The position numbers and the translations under genes were made by a program. A stretch of DNA of 64,000 nt from an uncultured Acidimicrobiaceae bacterium (GTDB taxonomy: Bacteria; Actinomycetota; Acidimicrobiia; Acidimicrobiales; Bog-793): positions 534,134-598,133 of the forward strand of contig CAVXGQ010000004.1 in assembly GCA_963761425.1 (NCBI GenBank). The letters are read 5' to 3'. The notes under the pieces are model-generated. The model was given only the letters and a program-made list of their open reading frames with translations, searched no databases and was not told the origin of the DNA. Position 1 is the stretch's first letter. The number at the start of each line of letters is the position of its first letter. Below, piece after piece: positions 48,446-57,326 of the stretch.

Positions 48446-49519
48446 CTACGCCGCCACCGCCCGGGCGAGGTCCTTGGGATACATGGATACCTCGAGCGCG
48501 GTGTCGTAGGAGATGGTGCCGGAATTGACCAGTTCGATGAGGCTCGTCTCCAGCGTCTGCATGCCCTCGGACCGGCTCGTGGTGATCACGTTGCGGAGCT
48601 GGAAGGTCTTGCCTTCTCGAATCAGCGCCCGGCAGGCGCTGTTGGCGAGTAGCACCTCGAAGGCGGCCACCCGTCCCCCGTCGACCCGGGGCATGAGGCG
48701 CTGGGCGATCACCGCGGCGAGGGACCCGGCCAGCTGGATACGGATGAGGTCCTTGCGATCGGCGGGGAACACGTCGATGATCCGGTCGATCGCCTGGGGC
48801 GCGTCGTAGGTGTGGAGCGTGGCGAACACCAGGTGGCCGGTCTCGGCCATCGTCAAGGCGATCTGGATGGACTCCAGATCGCGCATCTCCCCGACAAGCA
48901 GGACGTCGGGGTCTTCGCGCAGGCAGGAACGAAGTCCCCGCTCGAAGCTGGGGCAGTCGACTCCCACCTCCCGTTGATTGACGATGGACCGCTTGTGGTG
49001 ATGGAGATACTCGATCGGGTCCTCGATGGTGAGCACGTGGACCGGCCGGTTGTCGTTGATGTAGTCGATGACCGAGGCGAGGCTCGTCGACTTCCCCGAT
49101 CCGGTCGGCCCCGTCACCAGGATGAAACCACGAGGGAGGTTGGCGAGCGAACTGGCCACCGCCGGCAGCAGGAGCTCCTCGAAGCTCGGAATCCGCATCG
49201 GGATCATGCGGAGCTCGAGGGCGGGGCTCCCCCGTTGGTGGAAGGCGTTGCCGCGGATTCGGGCGACGTCGTTCCAGGAGAAGGCGAAGTCGTAGTCCTG
49301 GCGTTCCTCGAAGGACTCGTGCTGTTCGGGAAGCAGGAGCGAGCGGATGACCTGGCCGATCTGATCCGGCGTCAAGTTCGGCACCCCGTCGATCGGGACG
49401 AGTAAGCCGTCCAGACGGACCCGGGGGGCCGAACCCGCGGACAACAGGAGGTCGGAGCCTTTGCGGTCCCAGAGAAGCTGCAGCCAGGGATCGATCGGAG
49501 TGGTGTCGATATTTGCCAT
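48446..49519 (-). CDS. pilT: type IV pilus retraction ATPase
   Basis: 357 aa. Walker A GPTGSGKST, TIEDPIEYLH, REDPDVLLVGEMRD and GHLVFATLHT. The size and absence of a long N-terminal domain fit PilT rather than PilB. Confidence 0.92.
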   Translation of the reverse strand: MANIDTTPIDPWLQLLWDRKGSDLLLSAGSAPRVRLDGLLVPIDGVPNLTPDQIGQVIRSLLLPEQHESFEERQDYDFAFSWNDVARIRGNAFHQRGSPALELRMIPMRIPSFEELLLPAVASSLANLPRGFILVTGPTGSGKSTSLASVIDYINDNRPVHVLTIEDPIEYLHHHKRSIVNQREVGVDCPSFERGLRSCLREDPDVLLVGEMRDLESIQIALTMAETGHLVFATLHTYDAPQAIDRIIDVFPADRKDLIRIQLAGSLAAVIAQRLMPRVDGGRVAAFEVLLANSACRALIREGKTFQLRNVITTSRSEGMQTLETSLIELVNSGTISYDTALEVSMYPKDLARAVAA

Positions 49520-49550
49520 GTGTCTAGTAGAGCTTCATCGGAGACCCGCG

Positions 49551-49588
49551 TCAAAGACCGAAAGGGGCCCGGCGACATGCCGGACCCC
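49551..49588 (-). terminator. intrinsic terminator downstream of pilA
   Basis: The minus-strand RNA reads GGGGUCCGGC-AUGUC-GCCGGGCCCC (10-bp stem with one G-U pair) followed by UUUCGGUCUUU. It lies 35 nt after the pilA stop, before pilT. Confidence 0.55.
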
Positions 49589-49623
49589 TCGGTCCTCGAT
49601 CTGAGATCGGAGCAGGTACGCCG

Positions 49624-50142
49624 TTAGGTGACCGTGTTGCAGACGTCCGCGCCGGCAGTAACGCTGGTGTCGTAGTTGGTCCAAGTAGCCGGGGTTGCGG
49701 CCCCCGCGTCGGTATGGGCAGTGCTCACCCAGACCTGGCCCGGCGACACGCCAGCCACGTCCACGCCCGCCGTGACGCCGGCAGAGGTCTCGTAGCGGAC
49801 ACCGGTCTCGCCGCTAATCACGATACCGATGTAGTAGTGGGTGCTGTTACTCGGCCAGGAGCGCAAGGCCTTAGTGGTCCCGACGAGATCCGCGATCGAT
49901 CCCGGAAAGGCGCCGCCAGAGTTGGTGGCCTGGTAGGCCGCGATTCCGACCTCGACGGTCTTCGCGTCCGTGTTGCACGCCGACTTGGCGCTGGAGCTGG
50001 TGACGCCGCCGAGCGCGAAGACGACGACGGCGGCGAGGATGCCCATGATGATGATGACGATGAGGAGTTCGATCAGGGTGAAGCCTTCCTGACCGGACCG
50101 CTCGATGCCTGTTCTACGCATGGTGCGGTAACGACTGAACAT
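49624..50142 (-). CDS. pilA: type IV major pilin
   Basis: The leader ends ...GQEG followed by FTLIELLIVIIIMGILAAVVVFAL (canonical class III signal, Glu+5). 172 aa with two Cys residues. AAAGGAA lies 9 nt upstream of the ATG. Confidence 0.88.
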   Translation of the reverse strand: MFSRYRTMRRTGIERSGQEGFTLIELLIVIIIMGILAAVVVFALGGVTSSSAKSACNTDAKTVEVGIAAYQATNSGGAFPGSIADLVGTTKALRSWPSNSTHYYIGIVISGETGVRYETSAGVTAGVDVAGVSPGQVWVSTAHTDAGAATPATWTNYDTSVTAGADVCNTVT

Positions 50143-50182
50143 GTCGGCTAGTTCCTTTCTTCAGATCGATGGCCCTAACTCA

Positions 50183-50204
50183 CTACGAGGGCAGATTAGC
50201 CCTC
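50183..50204 (-). promoter_or_regulatory. 8-bp perfect hairpin in the pilA leader region
   Basis: ACGAGGGC-AGATTA-GCCCTCGT on the + strand, 40-60 nt upstream of the pilA ATG. Confidence 0.4.
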
Positions 50205-50293
50205 GTCATCAATGAGGTCGTCGATTTCGACCCATGCAGGCCAGAAAGAATAGTCAATATGTATCAGCTATGCCTATGGGAGAATGCCGCCTT

Positions 50294-50413
50294 GTCACCG
50301 TGCGTCACGATCCCGACACCACCAGTGGGAAAATATCGCCTCATCTCCAGAGGCCTTGGACGGTGGCTCCTGCGCCGGCGGGTCACCGTGCGACACGATC
50401 TCGACAGCACCAG
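50294..50413. repeat. two 32-nt imperfect direct repeats, 88 nt apart, upstream of pilA
   Basis: GTCACCGTGCGTCACGATCCCGACACCACCAG at 50294..50325 and GTCACCGTGCGACACGATCTCGACAGCACCAG at 50382..50413. 29 of 32 positions are identical. Both carry an internal GTCAC/G(T/A)CAC submotif with 10-nt spacing. Confidence 0.6.
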
Positions 50414-50564
50414 AGCCCCGCAAGTGGCCCGGATTGGCTGCGTCGATTGTCGGAAATTGTGCGTCCCGATCAAGTCACCATCACCGGCATTGATATGGTC
50501 TCGGACGGCGGTTAGAAGCGCCGACGGGCGGGGCGTATTGTTTCCCCGGACGAGATTCCTCGGG

Positions 50565-51773
50565 TTAGGTGATCTTTACCTGGCGGTAGATGCCGTACAT
50601 GGCGGAGATGAGCGCGATCGCGACGAAACCGACGATGAGCCCCATGACGATGATGATGGCGGGCTCGAAGTAACCGGTGAACCGCTTGAGCTTGTAGTCG
50701 AGCTCCCTCGCGTAGTACTTGGCCGCGGTGTCCAGCTGCTCTTCGAGGGTCCCGGTCTCCTCGCCGACGCGCATCATCTGGCGAGCCGCGCTCGGGAACA
50801 GGTCGCTCGTCGCGACGGGATCGGCGAGGCCACGGCCTTCGAGCATCTCGTCCCGGATGCCGTCGATTCCCTTCTTGTAGACGTCATTCGACACCGAGTC
50901 GGAGGTCACGATCAGCGCCTCGGGGAGCGAGACACCGGCCTGGATCATCGACGAGAGGATCCGACAGATCCGCTCGATCATGACGTGCTGGACGAGGTCC
51001 CCGGCGATGGGGAGGCGGAGGACCCATGAATCGATCACCGCCCGTCCTTTTTTGGAGCGCCAGGCGATCATGAAGACGATGACCAGGAAGACGATCACCC
51101 CGAGGATGATGTCCCACCGGGCCTCGAAGAAGTTGGTGAACCGGATCAGGAGCATCGTGGGGAGGGGGAGCTTGGCGCCGAGCGACGCGAAGAAGGTCTT
51201 GAACCTCGGCATGACGAACACCCCGAGCACGACGACCACGACGACCGACATGCAGAGCACGATCCCCGGATAGATCATCGCCCCGGTGACCTTGCTGCGC
51301 GCGTCGGCGTCCCGTTCCATGTAGTCGGAGAGCTGGCCGAGAACGACGTCCAGGTTTCCTGCCAGCTCGGCCGCGCTGAGCATCCCGATGTAGTAGGGAG
51401 GAAAGGCCTCGGGGTGGGCCTCGGCGGCGAGCGAGAGGGTGTCGCCGGCCGCGATGGCCTCGATCATCGAACGCAGCGCCTTTTTGAACAGCTTGTCGGT
51501 CGTCTCTCCCTCGATGATCTCCAGGGCGTCGAGGATCGGGATTCCCGCCTTCACGAAAACTCCGAGCTGGCGCGAGAAGTGCATGACCACCTGACGCGGG
51601 ACCTTTCTCTTGGTCACCTCGTACTGGAGGATGCTCGTCTTCTCTTCAATGGAGAGCGGCTCGAGCTCCCGGCTCAGCATCAACAGGTGGGCGGCACCCG
51701 CGTTGGGGGACGCGATCACCCCCGAGACTTCCCTGCCGCTCTTGTCGATTGCGGTGTAGCTGAATCGGGCCAT
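50565..51773 (-). CDS. pilC: type IV pilus platform protein (GspF/PilC family)
   Basis: 402 aa with two T2SSF repeats (FSRQLGVFVKAGIPILDAL ... ICRILSSMIQAGVSLPEAL) and three TM segments. AGGA lies upstream of the ATG, 12 nt after the pilB stop. Confidence 0.92.
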   Translation of the reverse strand: MARFSYTAIDKSGREVSGVIASPNAGAAHLLMLSRELEPLSIEEKTSILQYEVTKRKVPRQVVMHFSRQLGVFVKAGIPILDALEIIEGETTDKLFKKALRSMIEAIAAGDTLSLAAEAHPEAFPPYYIGMLSAAELAGNLDVVLGQLSDYMERDADARSKVTGAMIYPGIVLCMSVVVVVVLGVFVMPRFKTFFASLGAKLPLPTMLLIRFTNFFEARWDIILGVIVFLVIVFMIAWRSKKGRAVIDSWVLRLPIAGDLVQHVMIERICRILSSMIQAGVSLPEALIVTSDSVSNDVYKKGIDGIRDEMLEGRGLADPVATSDLFPSAARQMMRVGEETGTLEEQLDTAAKYYARELDYKLKRFTGYFEPAIIIVMGLIVGFVAIALISAMYGIYRQVKIT

Positions 51774-51785
51774 GGACGATCCTGT

Positions 51786-53684
51786 CTACAACGTGTAGAT
51801 GCTGCGGACCACTTCAGACACGGTCGTGATGTCCTGGGTGACCAGATCGATCGCCTGCTCGCGCAGGGTTCGCATGCCTTGCTCTTGGGCCGCGTTGCGG
51901 AGCTCGTCGTGGGTGCTGGCCGCGACGATGAGACGTTTGATCATCGAAGTGACGGCCAGGAGCTCATAGACGCCGATCCGGTCCTGATATCCGGTGTGGG
52001 CGCAGAAGTTGCACCCCTCGCCGTGGTAGAAGTCTTCCTTCTTGGTTCCTTTCGTCTCCTCGTAAAAGGCGAGTTCATCAGGCGTTGGGGTGTAGCGCGT
52101 CTTGCAGGCGGGGCAAATGCGGCGCACCAGCCGTTGGCTCAAGACGGCGATGACCGAGGCGGAGATGAGGAAGGGCTCGATCCCCATGTCGTAGAAGCGG
52201 AGCAACGCGGTGACCGTGTCGGTGGCGTGGAGCGACGAGAGAACCAGGTGACCGGTCATCGCCGATTGCACCGCGATACGTGCCGTCTCGACGTCCCGGA
52301 CCTCACCGACCAGGATGACGTCGGGGTCCTGGCGCAGGATCGACTTGAGTCCGCTCGCAAAGGTCAGGCCCGCCTGTTCGTTCGTCTGGATCTGGTTCAT
52401 GGAGGAAAAGACGTACTCGACGGGATCCTCGATGGTCATGATGTTGCGTGACGGGAGGTTGAGCTCGTTGAGGGTCGCGTAGAGCGTGGTGGTCTTGCCG
52501 CTTCCCGTCGGTCCGGCACAGACGACCATCCCGAACGGAGCGCGGATGACCTCCGAGTAGGACTCGCGGATGTCGGCTGCCATTCCGAGGTGTTCCAGGC
52601 GGAGCACCGACCGGGTCTTGTCGAGGATCCGCATGACGCACTTCTCGCCGAAGATCGTCGCCAGTGTCGAGACGCGCACATCGACCGATTTGTCGTCCAC
52701 GGTCGTGGTGAACTGTCCGTCCTGGGGTCGGCGGCGCTCGACGATGTTCATCCCGGCCATGATCTTGATCCGGTTCACCAGACCGAGGCCCATCGCCGCC
52801 GGGAGCAGGAGCATCTCTTTCATGACCCCGTCGATGCGGTAGCGGACCCGCACCGCGTCTTCCTGCGGCTCGATGTGGACGTCGGACGCCCGGTCACGCA
52901 GCGCCTGGGTGAGGATGCGGGTGACGACCTGGACGACCGGAGCGTCGTCGGCGACGACCTCCAGCTTCGGGGGCTCAGCCCCCCGCCGTCGGACCCCTTC
53001 GATCGACTGGAACACCTGGACGAGGGTGGTGACGCCCCCCAGAGCGCCGTAGTTGCTGTCGATCGCCTGGCGGATGTCGCTCACCGGCACGATCATGAGC
53101 TGCACCTCGTGCCGGGTGGTCTTTTCGAGAAGCTCCTGAAGCTCCTCGCTCGGTTCGGCGACGGCGATGAAGACGATGTTGCCGCTCAATGAGACCGGGA
53201 GCACGAGCTGCGCCCTGGCGATCTCCTCGGGAACGAGTTCGAGCGCTTCTTTCTGCGGGATCTGCGTCCGCAGATCGCACTCGGGCATATCGAACTTCCA
53301 CGCCAGCGCGTCGACGAGACCGCGCTCGCCAAGGACCCCCATGTCGACCAGGATCTGCCCGAGGCGGCCGCCGGATTCGCGCTGCTTCGCCAGCGCCTCG
53401 TTGACCTGCTCCTCGGTGACGAGGCCCCGACCGACGAGGAGATCGCCGAGCCGGAGTGCCATTTTGTCGGCGACGTCGTGCACGCCGAGGCGGACGATCT
53501 CTCCGAGTCCGTCCCCTCGGAGAAGGCCGTTCCCCTCCATTCCGACCGTCGAGTACGGCAGGCTGAGGTCGCTCCACGGCAGCGCCCCGGACTCGGCCGG
53601 CGCCTCGGGTGGCGGCGCGGGCTCCGCACCGTCGACCTCGACGCGCTGGGACGAGTGGGCGCGGTCACCACGTCGGAGTCTCAC
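51786..53684 (-). CDS. pilB: type IV pilus assembly ATPase (GspE/PilB family)
   Basis: T2SSE_N-like region LGDLLVGRGLVTEEQVNEALAKQ. Walker A GPTGSGKTTT, TIEDPVEY and RQDPDVILVGEVRD. Tetracysteine motif CPACK...C..C. The start is uncertain (GTG 53684, ATG 53540 or ATG 53462). Confidence 0.92.
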   Translation of the reverse strand: MRLRRGDRAHSSQRVEVDGAEPAPPPEAPAESGALPWSDLSLPYSTVGMEGNGLLRGDGLGEIVRLGVHDVADKMALRLGDLLVGRGLVTEEQVNEALAKQRESGGRLGQILVDMGVLGERGLVDALAWKFDMPECDLRTQIPQKEALELVPEEIARAQLVLPVSLSGNIVFIAVAEPSEELQELLEKTTRHEVQLMIVPVSDIRQAIDSNYGALGGVTTLVQVFQSIEGVRRRGAEPPKLEVVADDAPVVQVVTRILTQALRDRASDVHIEPQEDAVRVRYRIDGVMKEMLLLPAAMGLGLVNRIKIMAGMNIVERRRPQDGQFTTTVDDKSVDVRVSTLATIFGEKCVMRILDKTRSVLRLEHLGMAADIRESYSEVIRAPFGMVVCAGPTGSGKTTTLYATLNELNLPSRNIMTIEDPVEYVFSSMNQIQTNEQAGLTFASGLKSILRQDPDVILVGEVRDVETARIAVQSAMTGHLVLSSLHATDTVTALLRFYDMGIEPFLISASVIAVLSQRLVRRICPACKTRYTPTPDELAFYEETKGTKKEDFYHGEGCNFCAHTGYQDRIGVYELLAVTSMIKRLIVAASTHDELRNAAQEQGMRTLREQAIDLVTQDITTVSEVVRSIYTL

Positions 53685-54020
53685 GAGCGTCTTTCGGCAG
53701 GCTCAGCGGACCAGACCACCATGGACCCAGGTTACTGCCGCGGTCCGGGAAAGACGTAGCTCCTGATAGCCGTCGCGCGATCGAGTCGGTCCGCAGGTGC
53801 CGGTGCGCTCAGAGGCTCCCTCGTCAGGCGGCGCTGCTCGTCTGGCTGCGGCGCCATCAGAGCTTTGAGGGACGCTCCCAGCCGAGACCCCGCTTTGGTG
53901 GACGGTTCCGTCCCCGCTTCCGATTTCGGGCTGCGAGCCAGGCGGGCAGTCGCGCCAGGGGCTGGTCAGATCCCGCCCTCGCCGCGGCACCCTGCACCTG
54001 GTTCGGTTGCGGGCGACGAT

Positions 54021-55730
54021 CTAGCCGAAGGTGAAGTCGTAGGCCTGGATTCCCGGGGTCGCCGCGAGAACGAGCGAAGACCTTTCGTAGGAGCGACCCG
54101 ATACCAGCGTGTAGAGGCGCGGGATCCCGCCCACCGTGAACGTCTTTCGCCGCGTGCCGTTCACCCAGACGCTGAGCGAGCCGTGTCCGCCGAGCACGAG
54201 GTAGACGTCGTGGGCGGCGAACTCCAGGCGCAACTCGGCGTGGCGTCCCGCGGTCATCTCCTCATGGTCGATGGTCCAGGTTCCCGCGAGTTCGACGCCA
54301 TACGGATTCAGGACCTGTGAGAACGAGTACTTGGTCGGGACTCCGAGGAAGGCGGGCTGGCTGTAGAGGCTGTCCTGCGGGTCGCCTCCCAGGTAGTCGT
54401 AGCCGAGGTAGGTCTCCGGGGTGAGCGGCGTCTGGGGGGTGAGGTCGGGAACGTCGGTACGCGGGGGGAGGTGCACGAGGGGGTTCGCCTCGACGAGGAG
54501 CTCGCGGATGAACGACTCCGTCCGGCTGTAGTCGCCCTCGCCGATCGCCAAGTAGCGGAGTTGGCCCTGGGAGCTGATCAGGTACTCGGCGGGCCAGTAG
54601 CTGTTCCGGTAGGCGTTCCAGGTCGCCGAGTCGTTGTCGATGGCGATCGGGAAGTTGACGTGGAGCTGTCGGGCCGCCGCGGCGACGTTCGACACGACGT
54701 GTTCGAAGGCGAACTCCGGCGTGTGCACCCCGACGACGACCAATCCGTCCCGGCGATAGCGCTGATACCAGGCTTCGACGTGCGGCAGCTCGCGCTGGCA
54801 GTTGATGCAGGAGTAGGTCCAGAAATCGACCAGGACGACCTTGCCGCGCAGGCCGGCGAGCGACAGCGGCGCGTCGTGGGGTGTGTTCAGCCAGGCGGTG
54901 ATCCCGGTGAAGGCGGGCGCCGGGCCACAGCGGGCGAGCACCGGCGAGTCCGCCGTGCACTGGCCGAGCGTTCCCGCGGGCACCCCGGTCACCGCGGCGA
55001 GCTGGTTGCGCGCGAAGGTCGTCCCCTCGACGTCAGTCTGGAGGGTGTTGGTGTAGCCGGGGATCAGCCGTTGCAAGCCGTCGGTGAGGTTGGCAGCTAG
55101 GACGAGGCACATGGCGACGAGGATGACGCCTCCGACCTGGCGGATGAGCGGGGTGTGCCGTCGTAGGGCGTGCACCCGTTCGACCAGCTGGTCGCCCGCG
55201 AAGGCCACCGCCAGCAGGGGCACGGCCGCGCCGGCGGAGAAGGCCAAGGCGAGCACGACCGCGCCAGGCCCGAAATGGCGGGAATTCCCGACGGTGGTGA
55301 GGGCGGCGAGGACGGGACCCGCGCACGGGATGAACAGCGGTCCGAGTCCGACCCCGAGGACGAAGCCGCTCGTCGTGCCCCTGGGGGGCCGTGTCCTTAG
55401 GCGAGCGAAGGGGCGCTCGATCAGCTGGCCGATCCGGGGTACGACGAGGCCAACTCCGACCAGACCGAGGATGACTAGTCCCGCGTCGCGTAGCAGATCC
55501 TGGGGCAGGTGGAGCGCGCTGAGCAGCGCCGATCCGCCAAGTATGAACGCGGCGAAGCTGAGTACGAGCCCGATGACGACGGCGACGGGTCGTCGGCTGT
55601 GTCGGAGCCCCGCCTTACTCGCGACCGGGGTGGCCCCGGCGACCAGGACGACCGGCAGGACCGGCAGGATGCAGGGGGAAATCCCGGTAATCAGCCCCGC
55701 GACGAGCCCGATCGCGAGCAACGCCAACAT
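54021..55730 (-). CDS. DipZ-like protein: CcdA/DsbD membrane domain + thioredoxin-like domain + C-terminal beta domain
   Basis: N-terminal LITGISPCILPVLPVVL (CcdA-type). Redoxin segment VVLVDFWTYSCINCQRELPHVEAW. About 170-aa C-terminal extension, as in mycobacterial DipZ. Confidence 0.8.
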   Translation of the reverse strand: MLALLAIGLVAGLITGISPCILPVLPVVLVAGATPVASKAGLRHSRRPVAVVIGLVLSFAAFILGGSALLSALHLPQDLLRDAGLVILGLVGVGLVVPRIGQLIERPFARLRTRPPRGTTSGFVLGVGLGPLFIPCAGPVLAALTTVGNSRHFGPGAVVLALAFSAGAAVPLLAVAFAGDQLVERVHALRRHTPLIRQVGGVILVAMCLVLAANLTDGLQRLIPGYTNTLQTDVEGTTFARNQLAAVTGVPAGTLGQCTADSPVLARCGPAPAFTGITAWLNTPHDAPLSLAGLRGKVVLVDFWTYSCINCQRELPHVEAWYQRYRRDGLVVVGVHTPEFAFEHVVSNVAAAARQLHVNFPIAIDNDSATWNAYRNSYWPAEYLISSQGQLRYLAIGEGDYSRTESFIRELLVEANPLVHLPPRTDVPDLTPQTPLTPETYLGYDYLGGDPQDSLYSQPAFLGVPTKYSFSQVLNPYGVELAGTWTIDHEEMTAGRHAELRLEFAAHDVYLVLGGHGSLSVWVNGTRRKTFTVGGIPRLYTLVSGRSYERSSLVLAATPGIQAYDFTFG

Positions 55731-55814
55731 GTCCTTCGTCCCCCCAGTGACCGAGCACTCACCAGTCTTACCGGTGCACCTGCTTGGCGGGGCGCGCCCC
55801 AGATCGACGAGGCG

Positions 55815-56579
55815 TTAGAGGTCGCGCACCGATGCGGCCGGGCCGATGATGACGAGGGGGTGGCGGGCTGGGCGCAACCATCGAAGCGTGCGGACGAGCT
55901 CGGGCTCGTCGAGGCTAACGCAACCGTCGGTCGCGCTTGTTGTGGAGACGTGGAGAAAGATCGCCGAGCCTCGCCCCGGCACGATGGGAGCGGTGTTGTA
56001 CTCGATCACGGCGAAGTAGTCGTAGGCCGGGATCTCGGTCCACAACGCTTCGCTGTCGCCTCCGAACGGGGGCCGTTGCCCGCAGGGGACGTGGACGAAG
56101 CGGTTGTAGGCGGGCGTCGTCGGGTCCTCGTCCCACCAGTCGCCGCACGTGAGTTGGTGGTAGCGGTAGACGACGCCGGGATCGGGCGCGACGCCGTACA
56201 TCACGGGCCCGACCCCGAAGGCGCCGATCGGCGTGGTGCCGTCGCCTTCGAGGTGATGGCTGGAAAGGCCGTGCCAGCCGAGCCGGGCCGGCCACGGGCC
56301 ACCGACCTCAGCAAAGCACCCCGCCCGGCGGTCCCACAGCGTCACCGTCGCCGTCGTGGAGGAGGTGGTGGGCGCCTCGACGAGTACCAGCTGGGCGGCG
56401 TTCGCCGTCGAGCGAAGGCGGTCAGCCAGATTGGCGCGGCAGGCGCCGGCGGGACGCTCGGGCGCAGCTTCGTGGACTGGCCGCGCCGGCATCGGGCTGA
56501 TCCCGAAAAGAACCGGCGTCGCGAGTGCCACCGCGGCGAACCGTGCCACGCCCCGGCCGAGCTTCGAAGTCAGCGTCAT
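55815..56579 (-). CDS. YkuD-like L,D-transpeptidase-family protein
   Basis: Signal peptide. The C-terminal GSAIFLHVSTTSATDGCVSL fits the YkuD His...Gly-Cys catalytic motif. Confidence 0.6.
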   Translation of the reverse strand: MTLTSKLGRGVARFAAVALATPVLFGISPMPARPVHEAAPERPAGACRANLADRLRSTANAAQLVLVEAPTTSSTTATVTLWDRRAGCFAEVGGPWPARLGWHGLSSHHLEGDGTTPIGAFGVGPVMYGVAPDPGVVYRYHQLTCGDWWDEDPTTPAYNRFVHVPCGQRPPFGGDSEALWTEIPAYDYFAVIEYNTAPIVPGRGSAIFLHVSTTSATDGCVSLDEPELVRTLRWLRPARHPLVIIGPAASVRDL

Positions 56580-56606
56580 CGGGCCCGCCGATCGGTCGCG
56601 GTCGGT

Positions 56607-57326
56607 TCAGTGACCGTTCACCGAGAAGTGCTGGTAGTCGGGCGAGCCGGTCCAGTCTCCACCCCAGTACCAGCCGACCGCGGCGAACGCCTCGACCAGG
56701 GTCCCCCCGGGGACGGCCATGCCCGGCCGGACGTCGGCGCGGTCGAGGAACTTCGCTCCCGCCGCGGGTTGAACCACCCCGTCTTCGATGTAGGGGTTCT
56801 CGACCGGGTTCACGTCGATGGCCTCGCCGTAGGCGTGCATCGACCACTGGGGTGGCCCGGGTGCCACCGCCTTCCGGCAGTTGAACCCGGAGGTGTTGTC
56901 CGCCGCCATCGAGGCGGGGTCTTTCCCGAGATAGACGTCGACGGGGACCATGCGCCGGATCGGAAAGCGCGCCGCATAGAGGAGGCGGAAAACCGTGATG
57001 ACGTCGTCCACGACGGCGGCGTTCACGACGATCGTCCCGACGTGGCTCCGGTGGTCGAAGCCGTAGTAGCGGAGGCGCAGGCGCCGGAGCGCGCTCAGTG
57101 GAACCGGGCAGCCGGGGCGCCAGGAGTAGCGAAGGGACGATCTCGTCACGCTCGACACCGTCGCGGTGTAGGGGGGAAGCGGCGAGTCGCCGCGGGGCCG
57201 TGCGGCGGAGACCGGTCCCGCGGTCACGGCGACGAGCACCATTGCCACGACGAGCGCCGACAACCGTCCGCGACAGCCCCAGAAGGGATGTGGCCCGGAT
57301 TTAGGTCGGTTCGGGCGCTTCGTCAC
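56607..57326 (-). CDS. M15-family (VanY/D-Ala-D-Ala carboxypeptidase-like) metallopeptidase
   Basis: Signal peptide. The motif SMHAYGEAIDVNPVENPY fits the M15 zinc-binding pattern. Its GTG start overlaps the lgt stop (GTGA). Confidence 0.7.
   Translation of the reverse strand: MTKRPNRPKSGPHPFWGCRGRLSALVVAMVLVAVTAGPVSAARPRGDSPLPPYTATVSSVTRSSLRYSWRPGCPVPLSALRRLRLRYYGFDHRSHVGTIVVNAAVVDDVITVFRLLYAARFPIRRMVPVDVYLGKDPASMAADNTSGFNCRKAVAPGPPQWSMHAYGEAIDVNPVENPYIEDGVVQPAAGAKFLDRADVRPGMAVPGGTLVEAFAAVGWYWGGDWTGSPDYQHFSVNGH

Noticed and set aside
50143-50300. A sigma-54 (-24/-12) promoter upstream of pilA, as in proteobacterial pilin genes, and a TTGACT -35-like hexamer.
   Set aside because: The GG and GC elements are not at the required spacing, no acceptable -10 follows the hexamer at 16-18 nt, and sigma-54 is not expected in this lineage.
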